Positions 25,326 to 37,702 of a DNA stretch of 64,000 nucleotides are shown here, in pieces. Location of the stretch: the NCBI RefSeq assembly GCF_006345805.1, contig NC_043014.1, forward strand, positions 9,362,001-9,426,000, in the 5' to 3' direction. Source of the stretch: Octopus sinensis (taxonomy: Eukaryota). How positions within the stretch are numbered: position 1 is the first letter of the stretch; every line of letters begins with the position of its first letter. Both the position numbers and the translations under genes were made by a program. The notes under the pieces are model-generated. The model made no database searches, had not been told where the DNA came from, and worked only from the letters and a program-made list of their open reading frames with translations.

Positions 25326-25721
25326 CTAGCAGTATCGTCCGGTGTTGCTCGGGTTTGTTTTGACCCTTTAGAATTGGAATTTTTGAAAAGTATAAATTTT
25401 GCATTATGTAGCTTGTTATTCTCTTTAAGTGAACATTTTTTCTGGTTGAAATGCACCGAAAAATGAAGACACAGCAGTCCAAACATCGTAAAAAATAGGG
25501 ATTTTCATAGAAAAAAACCCCACCTTTTTGATGTAAATAATTTTTGGTGTTAATATGGCCCGATTTGAATATTTTTCCTCTACGGAATGAAGAGAAAACC
25601 TTCTTCTATCATACTCTCAACTTTGGTCAATTTGCACCTCAGGGTCTCGGAGGAAAAAGTGTTAGTTGAAGGCTACCAAACCTGCCATACACAGACAACT
25701 TCAGCTTTATATATAGAGAGA
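25326..25721 (-). mobile_element. Complete non-autonomous Helitron (396 bp)
   Basis: Minus strand A|TCTCTCTATATATAAAGCTGAAGTTG ... AAACCCGAGCAACACCGGACGATACTGCTAG|T: 5' TC, subterminal hairpin, 3' CTAG, AT target, no TSD. Confidence 0.85.
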
Positions 25722-26054
25722 TAAATTAAACAAAAAATAGATAACTGTATAAAACAAAGAAGAAATTTTTTAAAAGAGAAGAATATTCATTGTAACCTAG
25801 CAGTACGTTGATTATTCAGCATTCTTTTTACTTTGCCTGATTAACACTTGCCAATAGTTATTCTAGTGTGCTGGAAAGAAATGGAACCAGTTTCCATTGA
25901 AAGTTCTGAACAATTGCTAAGTTACAATTGATATTCTCTATTCTCAATAATTTCTCTCTGGAATGTTCTCTATACTAAACCCACTTACTTTTATTAATCT
26001 TACGGACGCAGTGTTTCAAATATCATAGTTCTACGAAGGCCATGAACGTACAGA

Positions 26055-26983
26055 AAATTCAGGTATAAATTTTTATTCAGAAACTTGGGTATTTCAAAGT
26101 ACTTATGGTCGTAGAATCTGTGTTAAGCTACTACTCAACGCATTCTCCATCACAGGCTGTGCATTTAATTGAAGAAAACTTGAAAACGTTCTTTGTCAAA
26201 AATAAGGTATGCTCTGCTGTGTCCACTCCTTTAAAGCCAATTATACCTCGTCCTCTTTTTTCAAAATTTGATCTATTAAGAATTGTTCGACATGGGACCC
26301 CACAGGTGGAAATCGCATGCCACTTGTTTAGCTTAATCAAAGATGTATGATAGAAGGGTGACCACTGATCACTCCGAGTTGCTGATTACCGGATTTGATG
26401 CCAAAGATTTATGTGGACATTACAACCTTCTTTGTTTGTCGCAGGCTATTGAACTACATAGGACTGGGATAAGAGCTATTATGCTATCCCATGAAGAGAA
26501 ACTTCGTTTCCGAAGCGATAAGGATGCAATCTTATTTCATCATCTTTCCCCTGATAAATTTGTGCCTTAATTAGCTTCAGATGATTCCAGCAGTTCATAG
26601 TAGATTTTGAACCCCTTTCCTTTAAATCGTGTGTCAGCTGACGATGTAGCCACCATTTCTGATATCCAGTGTCTTCTGCATCTTCTGTGGTACATTTTGA
26701 ACAGAATACGATTGTACAGCACGTTTATTGACTGTGTCTCCTCCGTCCGAATAAATTCATCCACTCATTGGCCATCTGAGTCAGTGGTCGGAGTTAATCG
26801 CCTCGCTCTGCGTGGTTTTACGTCAGTAGCAATTTCCTCTTCTCTAGTCGTTTCACCCATTGGCTTTGTCAATGGTGTTTTCTCCGTAGAAGACATCTGC
26901 TCTAGACGTCCAACAGCTCTTATATCAGCTTCGTCAAGAACCAAATAATAGTGCGTTGCTTCTGTTTGGAATTAATTATTTAC
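26055..26983 (-). other. Candidate terminal exon or pseudo-exon of an unidentified gene
   Basis: Repeat-free and less AT-rich than its flanks; pyrimidine tract plus CAG acceptor (cttctttctgtatttctgcaatacag|g, AG at 26985-26984); AATAAA on - strand at 26072-26077. No recognisable protein family. Confidence 0.3.
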
Positions 26984-27346
26984 CTGTATTGCAGAAATAC
27001 AGAAAGAAGTATTATTATATTGAAATAACTCCTTAACTAAAAGTACATCGCGAAATACCAAACTGAGTCATTGAAAGTCAAACCACTTTCGTATTACTTT
27101 CGGTACAACCTTCACAGGCGTTATTTATTTATTTCTATATTTCTAGTATCTGCAGCTTCGTCCTTGACTATAAATTATTTATATGATTTTATTCTCAGCA
27201 CTAGTCTTAAGGAAATATTTTGAATTATGAAATATGTATATCTTTTCTGTAGAATTTGTTTCTTAGGCCATAATAAGTATTTAAAATAGAAAAATGCTAA
27301 AGAAATGTACATTTATAGATACACACTTGTGTGCAAAAATTATATA

Positions 27347-27521
27347 CGCGCAGGAGTGGCTGTGTGGTAAGTAGCTTGCTTACCAACCACAATTGTTCCG
27401 GGTTCAGTCCCACTGCGTGGCACCTTGGACAAGTGCCTTCTACTATAGCCTTGTGAGTGGATTTGGTAGACGGAAACTGTAAGAAGCCCGTCGTATATAT
27501 GTATATATGTATATATATATA

Positions 27522-27568
<47 letters not shown>

Positions 27569-27752
27569 TATGTGCGTGTGTGTCAATCGATGCTGGTGTG
27601 TTTGCGTCCCTGTAACTTAGCGGTTCGGCAAAAGGGCCCGAGAGAATAAGTACTAGGCTTACAAAGATTAAGATTTCCTCGACTAAAGGCGGTGCTCCAG
27701 CATGGCTACAGTCAAATGACTGAAACAAGTAAAAGAGTAAGAGAGTAAAGAG
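27347..27752 (+). mobile_element. SINE family A with internal deletions
   Basis: Head and tail conserved; several short deletions relative to other copies. Confidence 0.88.
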
Positions 27753-28745
27753 ATATAACTGAACGTATTTAATGCAATGTATGACTTAACGATTTCGAAT
27801 GATATTGATAATTTCTAAAATAGTCATATAACATATAATGTACAACACATAACTTCGTAGATTTTATTAGATGTTGCCTTTTCCTTGCGCATTTAAATGT
27901 AATTTAGTATTCCTCTCTGTGGTTATTTGAAATAACATTTAACAAAAAGTAAAGTCATTTAACGTTCATTTTGAAAGTTCGAAAGTAACACTCGTCTCTG
28001 ATCAATTGTTTTTAAAATCAATTTTTCTTTAAATGGAAAATCTACAAAGGAATGCAAGTTATTCTACTGTAAAGTTAACCCCCCGCTGGATTTAATTAAA
28101 TATTTGGAATAAAACACTCGTCTAATAAAATATCTCGAAAGCACAACTGGGAATATTTTATGTTAGAAAATACGAATACATCAATATCTTTCCAATTAAA
28201 ATATTTCCACCATTCTTGTAAACTTCTCACAATAATTGATCGTAATTAAATATATCTTACTTTATAAACCATATCGGCATCTTATATTTTCGATCTAGAA
28301 GCTACGATTATGATAAATACTAATTAGCTAACAGTTTTTTTTTTTTTTTTTCGAAAGTATTAAATTTAGAATTATACAAATATGTTGTTTGAAAATTGGA
28401 AAAATCTTACATCTGCTTTGCCTCTGGAAGATTGTTTATTTATTATATATAAAAGAAAATCTTTGAATATATTTCAAATATCTTCACTGAAAGTATCGGA
28501 TAATCTTGTTTGATATGAACGAAATCTAATTTCATTAGTATAAGTGCTCAATTAAATTTGTTTCATATTTTAGCTAAAAGTACTGTTCGGTGTACAACAT
28601 AATAAAAATTTTAACAGTTTCGTGCTCCAATCTTTTCGATTAATATACATATCAATAATAATTCTTTATATGTGCCGCAATTTTGAAGGGAGGGGCACGC
28701 CGAGTACATCGATTACGGTACTTCACTGGTACTTATTTTATCGAG

Positions 28746-30059
28746 GGCGGCGAGCTGGCAGAGACGTTAGCACGCCGGGCGAAATGCTTAGCGGTATTTC
28801 GTCTGCCGTTACGTTCTGAGTTCAAATTCCGCCGAGGTCGACTTTGCCTTTCATCCTTTCGGGGTCGATAAATTAAGTACCAGTTACAGACTGGGGTCGA
28901 TATAATCGACTTAATCCGTTTGTCTTTCCTTGTTTGTCCTCTCTGTGATTTGCCCCTTGTGGGTAGTAAAGAAATAGGTATTTAGTCTGTCGTTACGTTT
29001 TGAGTTCAAATTCCACCGATGTCGATTTTGCCTTTCATCCTTTCGGGGTCGATAAATTAAGTACGAGTTACGGACTGGGGTCGATGTAAAGAAATTGGTA
29101 CTTATTTTATCGAGGGTAGCGAGCTGGCAGAATCGTTAGCACGCCGGGCGAAATGCTTAGCAGTATTTCGTCTGCCGTTACGTTCTGAGTTCAAATTCCA
29201 CCGAGGTCCACTTTGCCTTTCATCTTTTCGGGGTCGATAAATTAAGTACCAGTTACGGACTGGGGTCGATGTAATCGACTTAAACCGTTTGTCTTTCCTT
29301 GTTTGTTCTCTCTGTGTGTAGCCCCTTGTGGGTAGTAAAGAAATAGGTATTTCGTCTGTCGTTACGTTTTGAGTTCAAATTCCGCCGAGGTCGACTTTGC
29401 CTTTCATCCTTTCGGGTTCGATTAAATTAGTGCCAGTTACGCACTGGGGTCGATGTAATCGACTTAATAGCTATGTCTGTCCTTGTTTGTCCCCTCTGTG
29501 TTAGCCCCTTCTGGGTAGTAAAGAAATAGGTATTTCGTCTGTCGTTACGTTTTGAGTTCAAATTCCGCCGAGGTCGATTTGCCTTTCATCCTTTCGGGGT
29601 CGATAAATTAAGTACCAGTTACGCACTGGGGTCGATGTAATCGACTTAATCCGTTTGTCTGTCCTTGTTTGTCCTCTCTGTGTTTAGCCCCTTGGGGGTA
29701 ATAAAGAAATAGGTATTTCGTCTGCCGCTACGTTCTAAGTTCAAATTCCGCCGAGGTCGACTTTGCCTTTCATCCTTTCGCGGTCGATATATTAAGTATC
29801 TCTTACGCACTGGGGTCGATGTAATCGACTTAATCCGTGTGTCTGTCCTTGTTTGTCCTCTCTGTGTTTATCCCCTTCTGGGTAGTAAAGAAATAGGTAT
29901 TTCGTCTGCCGCTACGTTCTGAGTTCAAATTCCGCCGAGGTCGACTTTACCTTTCATCCTTTCGGGGTCGATTAAATAAGTGCCATTTACGCACTGGGGT
30001 CGATGTCTGTCCTTGTTTGTCCCCTCTATGTTTCGCCCTTGTGGGCACTAAAGAAATAC
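28746..30059 (+). mobile_element. SINE family C array: two heads, seven ~183-bp body units
   Basis: Heads at 28746 and 29115; body starts at 28794, 28978, 29163, 29347, 29530, 29713 and 29897. Confidence 0.92.
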
Positions 30060-31175
30060 GAAACGTCGCACACTGGGCGAAATACTTAGCGGTTTCCGGC
30101 TGTCTTTACTATATAACAAGCCTGTATATGTTTATTTTTCAAGTACCTTCTAATGGATAATCGGGATCAATTAACTCTATACATTATCATCTCAGACATG
30201 CAACTTCTTTACCTCATAACTGTGTTTTACTGCTTTTAAATGATTTTTAAATATCTAATTTTATTGCTGATGGTGAGGTAGAACAAGAGCTATCAAAACA
30301 TATCCATAGCTGCCCTCTTGTTCCCAAACCATCCAAATTGTATCACCAAGGGATTTGTCTATGCCTACTATCTCTGAGAGCGGAGATATTTCAATAAATC
30401 AAGTGCTTACATTCAATTTAGTATGTATGCAATTTCATTCTGTGTTTTCCTTGCTGAGTCATTAAAGCAATGCACGTTGCTTGTGTGTTATCGTTGCTAA
30501 AACGGTGTGTTATAATTGTATATCATCACTTAACTATTTATCAACCTACAAAATGTAATTGCTTACATAAAAAAACCCAATAATAATAAAAACAAAATGA
30601 AGGAAAACTAAAACAAAATTCATCACTTAAGTTTCGCGCGTTTTTCTTTTTATCGTTTGTATGTAATCTACCAACAAATTTCCAAGTTCGACATTTTGTA
30701 AAATCTTCCTATATTTTTCAACATATTTTTTCTACGTATATTCTGTTTTAGATTCTTTTCTGTCATTTATCACGTGTAATCATGTAGTCATGTAGGATCC
30801 ATTTCAATTTCTAGAATTACTGCTATTAATGTTTTATCTCGTTTTCTGTCAGATATTTGAATCTTTTTTTTTTTTCGTGAGTTTCGGAGATTTCCATCTT
30901 CTTTGTTTTTGTTTTAGATTTCTTGTTTGTATAATGCAAATAGAATGTTTGATGGCTTCGTATGTTATCTCAAGCTATATCTTTCTTATCTTCTCTGCAC
31001 AAACGGTTGATACAGCTTCCATATATGTCTTAGTATATCCGTTAAAGCTGTCAATCGTTTTTCACACATGTCACTCGTGCAGAATATTATTAATACTTTT
31101 CTACTCTCAGTAATGAAGTTGTAGGCTCCTTTTCATAAATCCCATCACATCCCACCCCATATATATATGAATATA

Positions 31176-31207
<32 letters not shown>

Positions 31208-31253
31208 CATATATAAATACATATGTATGTATTATATATGAATGTATATATAT

Positions 31254-31353
31254 NNNNNNNNNNNNNNNNNNNNNNNNNNNNNNNNNNNNNNNNNNNNNNN
31301 NNNNNNNNNNNNNNNNNNNNNNNNNNNNNNNNNNNNNNNNNNNNNNNNNNNNN
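31254..31353. other. Assembly gap (100 N)
   Basis: Run of N. Confidence 1.
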
Positions 31354-34349
31354 GGACAAATAATCAAGTCCTACCTCTTGTCGGCATGCTGTAGTGCTGA
31401 CAGGGAAAGTGAATCGAGGGCGAAAAGAAGTAAAGTAGATACCCCCGACAATGATGCTATCTCTGATACCCCTTATTCTGCTTGTTCACTAATTCCTGCC
31501 CCTCAAACGTCACAGCTCAGCATCGTCTATACCAACTCGTGCTCCTTATTTCCAAAGTTCAGCGAATTATTTACACTGGCCACGAGTGATTCCCCAGATG
31601 TGATAGCTATCACCGAGACTTGGCTGACTCCAGCAGTAAAGGACTCAGAAATCCACCTACAGGGCTACGCCCTAATCAGATGTGACAGAGAAAAAAAGCG
31701 AGGTGGAGGTGTCGCTGTATATGTTAAATCTGATCTCAAACTGTCCAGCGGTATTCTACCCACTAATGCTCAACCTACAACAAAATTCGATGCCGTCTAT
31801 TGCAAGCTGAGCCTATCCGGGTTTTGCCTGCCCGTGTTAGCTGTCTACAGGCCGCCTCTTGCCGACCCCCAGGACGATGCTCATTTACTCGAAGCGATAA
31901 GATTCGTTTCAGCTTCTCATGACTGCTTGATATTAGGAGACTTCGACGCTCACACGATCGACTGGCCCGCATTAATTTGTACATCATCTTCCCAGTTCGG
32001 CAGGGCCCTTCTTGACGTGGCTGAAGATTGTTTTCTATCGCAACATGTTGAATATCCGACAAAGCATCGGTCTGGGCAGCAGCCATCTATGCTGGATCTG
32101 GTACTCTCTCGCTATCCAAGATCAGTGTCAGGCTTATCAGTGTGCGCCCCTCTTGCCAAGAGTGATCATGCGGTCCTGAAGTTCGTCATGCACTCAACTT
32201 TTTCTACGCGCACGACTACTTCGCTGCCACGTTGAGTCTTCTCTACAATCAATCTTGAAATTCTAACCGAGGCTTCCGCGCTTCTGGACTGGCGATCTCT
32301 GATGACGATGTCCTCAGTTGACGAACTATGGTCGTCCCTCAAAGCATATGTAATCTGGTTGACTGACCAAGCAGTTCCAGTTGGGCTTCTCAAGAAGAAG
32401 AAACACAAGCCCTGGCTGATGAAGAAGATTAAACGAGAACTTCAACTCAGAGATATTGCTTGGGCTGAATTCAAAAATCTAGATTCGACTGCAGCTTTTG
32501 AGGTGTACAAAACTCAACGGATCCGAGCCGTGAAAATTGAAAAGGAAGAACGCTTCAGATATGAATACAGAATCGCTGCAAACGCCAGTCGCAATCCAAA
32601 AACCTTCTTTGCCCATGTCCAACGGAATTCCCGCTTGAACAACCAAATTGCAACGTTGGTAGACTCAACAGGCGAATCGATTGAGGACCCTTATCAACAG
32701 AGTCAGTTATTTGCCGAGCCTTTTTCAACTATTTTCAAACAAGATGATGTTTGTGAACCCCCTCCATTTGATAGATCGGTACCTCCAATGCTTAGATTGG
32801 TCATCACGCGGGACGAAGTCGAACGCGTTATTCAAGGCCTCGATGTCAACAAGGGTCACGGCCCTGACGGCATACACCCACAGGTTATCAAAGTGTTATC
32901 TACGAGCCTTTGACATTTGTATTCAATATGTCATTGGCGACGGGTGTTATACCTGCGGACTGGAGAACAGCGATAATCTGCCCAATTTTCAAGAAACGGA
33001 GCCGCAAAGACCCGCTTAACTACCGACCGGTTTCCCTTACTTCAATAATCAGCAAGATGTTCGAAACCATCCTTAAGAAAAGTATGTTGCTCCAACTCCA
33101 AAACACAGCCTCTATCCCTGATTCCCAACATGGCTTCGTGCCGAAGAGATCATGCTTGACCAACTTACTCGATGATGGTGATGCTGTTGACATCGTTTTA
33201 TTGGACTTTGCCAAAGCTTTTGACTCGGTAAACCACCGCCTATTACTTGTCAAGCTTCAAGCATATAGTTTCCATCCGGATATTGTACGATGGGTTGGTG
33301 CATTCCTCTCAGATCGCTCCTTCCAAGTCCAAGTTAATGGCTCGCTGTCCCAAGTCTCCAGTGCGAGCCGTGGCGTGCCTCAAGGTTCAGTGCTTGGGCT
33401 CTTATTGTTCTTAGTCTTCATAAATGACTTGCCCGACGACCTCACGCAACACACCCTTCTACTTGCCGACGATGTCAAACTGGTCGATCCTCGCGGTGAT
33501 ATAGAGGCTCTTCGTCGATGCCTCCGCCACGTTTGGAGATGGTCTAACGAATGGGACCTGTGTCTGAACGTGTCAAAGTGCTGTCATCTGCCTGTTGGCT
33601 CTTCTCCTGCAACTCAACTTGATTTCGAGCCGGGTCGTCTGCTGCTGGAGAGGACCGACCAGGTAAAGGACCTGGGTATCTTGGTGGATTCTCCCTTTTC
33701 GCCTTCGGCCCAGTGCGTCCATGTTGCCAACAAAGCACACGGAGTTCTATTTTTGATTCGACGGTCATTCGGAATGCTCACAGCAGCCATATTCCTACCG
33801 ATCTATGTCACGCTGGAGAGACCCATACTTGAGTACGGGATTCAAGCCTCTTCTCCTTATCTCCTCAAAGACATACTGCATCTCGAAAGAGTCCAGAAGC
33901 TGGCTACCCGCATGGTACTTGGTCTCAAGCATTTGTCTTATGAAGAAAGGCTGAAAACGCTCGACCTTTATTCTCTAGAAAAACGACGACGCCGTGGTGA
34001 TCTCATTCTTGCTCACAACATCATAAGCGGAAAGTGTAACCTCTCGAAAGAGCTGTTCTTCACTCCTGCTCCAGAACGTCGGCTGCGGGGTCACTCCGAA
34101 AAGCTCTATCTGCGACGATTTCATCTCAATCGAAGGACAGGGGCTTTCTCCGTCCGGGTTGCGGATCCCTGGAATAAGCTGCCGGACGAGATAGTGAAGA
34201 TGCCGACGACCGCTCAGTTCAAAGTCTCCCTTGACCACAAATGGCCTGAACTCTTTACATGAATGCCACCCTGTACATAACTCCATGTCCCCCTACATGG
34301 CCTTGCTTTTTGCTTTTTGAGCCAAAAAATTAACTTAACTTAACTTAAC
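31354..34349 (+). mobile_element. CR1-clade LINE, 5' end lost in the gap, (TTAAC)n tail
   Basis: APE and RT coding remnants, a short 3' UTR and (TTAAC)4 at 34330-34349; markedly higher GC than the flanks. Confidence 0.9.
31378..34262 (+). pseudogene. Disrupted LINE ORF2 (APE endonuclease + reverse transcriptase)
   Basis: APE motifs YTN..S, DVIAITETWL, RGGGVAVYV, ILGDFD, LDLVL, SDH; RT motifs QHGF, LDFAKAFDSV, GVPQGSVLG, LADD; CR1-type C-terminus RRRRGDLI..LRGH..WNKLP. Lesions: in-frame TGA at 32233-32235, frameshift near 32895-32910, apparent in-frame deletion after TNLL. Confidence 0.9.
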
Positions 34350-34359
34350 GTTTCTGCAC

Positions 34360-34360
<1 letters not shown>

Positions 34361-34450
<90 letters not shown>

Positions 34451-34741
34451 CCTGTCTGTCTGTCTGTCTGTCTACCTACCTACCTACCTACCTACCTACC
34501 TACCTACCTACCTATTTCTTTATTACCCACAAGGGGCTAAACACAGAGGGGACAAACAAGGACAGACATAGGTATTAAGTCGATTACATCGACCCCAGTG
34601 CGTAACTGGTACATAATTTATCGACCCCGAAAGGATGAAAGGTAAAGTCGACCTCGGCGGAATTTGAACTCACTACTTACCTACCTACCTCTCTATCTAT
34701 CTATCTATCTATCTATCTAACTATCTATCTATCTATCTATA

Positions 34742-34810
<69 letters not shown>

Positions 34811-34880
34811 CACTCTCTCTATATATATCTATCTATCTATCTATCTATCTCTCTATCTATCTATCTGTCTGTCTATCTAT
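34361..34880. repeat. (TATC)n/(TACC)n microsatellite interrupted by a family C SINE fragment (34514-34672, - strand)
   Basis: Directly visible. Confidence 0.92.
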
Positions 34881-34977
34881 ACATACATATAGATATATGT
34901 CGCACAGAAGCGCACGTTACACTGAATCCTATGAGTTCTTTTTCTATGTATTTATATTTTTATATATATGCAATGAC

Positions 34978-35009
<32 letters not shown>

Positions 35010-35714
35010 AGGAGAGAGAGAGAGAAAGAGAACAGAGAAAAAAGGGAGAGAAAGAGAGGAAGAGACGATGAGATTATTTTTATCTTGTAAAGTAAAATAA
35101 AAAGAGAATACCAGTGGGAGTCCTAGACGATAGTAAAATGTGTAGAAATCATCATGGATGAAAATTAACAGAATAATAAAATAGTAGAAGCGACCGATTG
35201 GATGAACATTTGAAATAAATTGAGTATAAGCTAATGTCGATAAACATAGCATCGACATTATAACATGAAATGGGTGAAAGAAAAAGGAAAAGAATCTGTT
35301 AACGATGGAGGATTTGAATAAAGAGAGGAGTAATGCAGAAGTAGGGAATACAAATGAAAGAAGTAGGGAATACAAATAAGGAAATAAATCAAGAATTAGA
35401 TTAAGGAGATGAATGCGATTAAGAAGGAAGTGAAGAAATGTGGTGGATGGAATTGTATGGCGAAGAGAAGGAGAGAAAAAGTGATTGAAGGATTGCGAGA
35501 ACATCAATGAATGTGGAGAACACTAAGTGAAAATAGATGAATCGTAGATGTTTGACAAAGAAGAAGAATGTGTAGGGCAGAATGGGAAATAGGGTGGAAC
35601 CGTGGAAGAATAAATACAAGTTGCCGTGATGACGAGGAGGGAAGCGGGAGATGATGGTGGATGTAGGAAAATATGAAGAGGAAATTTAAATAAGTATAGA
35701 GTCGGGAAAAAAGG

Positions 35715-35777
35715 ACATAATAATAAATAATAATGATACTAACAACAACAACAATAATAATAATAATCATTATAATG

Positions 35778-35808
<31 letters not shown>

Positions 35809-36283
35809 TAATAATAATAATAATAACAATAACAATAATAATAATAATGATGATAATAATAACAACAACAACAGTAATAATAATAGTAATAATAATAATA
35901 ATAATAACAACAATAATAATACCAACAACAACAACAACAACAATAATAATAATAGTAATAATAATAATAACAACAACAACAATAATAATAATAATAGTAA
36001 TAATAATAATAACAACAACAACAATAAAATAATAATAGTAATAATAATAATAACAACAACAACAATAATAATAATAATAGATAATAATAATAACAACAAC
36101 AACAATAATAATAATAATAGTAATAATAATAATAACAACAACAACAACAATAATAATAATAGTAATAATAATAATAACAACAACAACAACAATAATAATA
36201 ATAATAGTAATAATAATAATAACAACAGCAACAATAATAATAATAATAGTGATGTGGAAGCACGCTATAAAAATAAAACTACC

Positions 36284-36356
<73 letters not shown>

Positions 36357-36362
36357 AAGAAG
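35715..36362. repeat. (AAT)/(AAC)/(AGT) compound microsatellite with higher-order ~36-42-bp unit, then (AAG)n
   Basis: Directly visible; source of spurious poly-I/L/Y/T ORFs. Confidence 0.95.
36248..36284 (+). mobile_element. Very short 3' end of an R4/Dong-like element inside (AAT)n
   Basis: agtgatgtggaagcacgctataaaaataaaactaccg matches the 3' end of the element at 44509-44545 and is followed by (AAT)n. Confidence 0.75.
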
Positions 36363-36489
36363 AACCACAACAACAACAGCGACATCTACGATAACAACAC
36401 GATGAGTTTTACCATTCTTGCCAATGAAAAAAAAATTACAATTATATAAATATATATATATATATATAATATATATATCTCTACTACCC

Positions 36490-36765
36490 TACCAAGAACT
36501 CACAACGACCTTCAACACACAAGTGCAAACAAGGGAGTCAGAGAAAGGCAGAATGCCACTTAAATCTGAACACTACTATCGAAATATTCTTTTAAAAAAA
36601 TTTTCTTCTAATTTTTCTAAATTTAATTATTAAATCGTTACAGTTGAAAAGGTCTCAAAATGACCGAAACCGGTACTGAAATGTTCACTATAAAATTATT
36701 TTAGCATTCTTTTTTTTACTTGTTTTTTTCATATATCAACTCGTGTGTTCCTTTTCACCCTTATA
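36490..36765 (+). mobile_element. Probable Penelope-like 3' fragment carrying a hammerhead motif
   Basis: Hammerhead fold at 36637-36682 followed by an AT-rich tail, between (TA)n tracts. Confidence 0.55.
36637..36682 (+). ncRNA. Minimal type I hammerhead motif with U3-A8 core variant
   Basis: gttacag-TTGAAAA-GGTC-tcaaaat-GACC-GAAAC-cg-GTA-ctgaaat; stem II 4 bp, palindromic stem III ACCGGT, stem I 6 of 7 paired. Confidence 0.6.
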
Positions 36766-36778
36766 CATATATATATAT

Positions 36779-36835
<57 letters not shown>

Positions 36836-37514
36836 GGAACGATATATAAATAACGATTGAATTTACAAAATATATATGGCTGATAATTTACAAAAGCGAG
36901 AAACCTACCCACCAAGAAATCAGTCAGAGAGATTGTAGCGTAGATCACAATTACATAGCGTAAATTACTTTGAAACATGATAAATGTACAATATAACATT
37001 GAAAAAAAAACTATACATTTAAGACGTGGTATTATTATATCTACTGACGATGTTTACCCAATGTTTTGATCAAGTCTACTTTTGCGTTTATGAACGGCTA
37101 AGACAGCATAAATAATTAATGCGTTACAGATATGTCGTTGTGTTTATGAATCGTGTCTGTGAAAAGGACAAAAATAGAAATATTTCGATGTTTCAAAGAA
37201 TATATATTCTTCGTATTTCTATTTAATTTAAGATAATATTTTAAGAAGTTTCAAAATATTATCTTTCTTCTTTACTGAATTTAATATTAAAAGGATTTTA
37301 ATGCGTTTTCTGCTTCGGCAAAGCTATTCATTTACACGAGGACTTAAATGAAATGTCAAAATTTCTGATGTTGTAAATAAAAGGTTTTCTTTGTAAATAA
37401 AAGGTTTTTTACTTTCAAATTTCAAGCATCTGAAAATATCAACGTCCTTGGAAGAGTATGTTTTTATTTTGAATCTTATCTGTCTGTCTGTCAATCAATC
37501 AATCAATCAATATG

Positions 37515-37522
37515 TCTGTCTG

Positions 37523-37581
<59 letters not shown>

Positions 37582-37634
37582 GTCTATCTCTCTCGCTCTC
37601 TCTTTCTCTCTCTCTCTCTCGCTCTCTCTCTCCC

Positions 37635-37700
<66 letters not shown>
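37515..37700. repeat. (TATC)n-(TC)n-(TATC)n microsatellite
   Basis: Directly visible. Confidence 0.95.

Positions 37701-37702
<2 letters not shown>

Noticed and set aside
26922-26945. LVLDEAD peptide on the minus strand resembling the DEAD-box motif II
   Set aside because: No other helicase motifs nearby in any frame; probably chance.
31354-34349. Contaminant contig explaining the GC-rich LINE
   Set aside because: Its 3' tail runs without a gap into the same microsatellite and SINE landscape as the rest of the window; only the 5' side abuts the gap.
34975-35710. Purine-rich strand-asymmetric tract with a 187-aa minus-strand ORF
   Set aside because: Low-complexity decayed (GA)n-type sequence; the ORF is an F/L/S-rich artefact.
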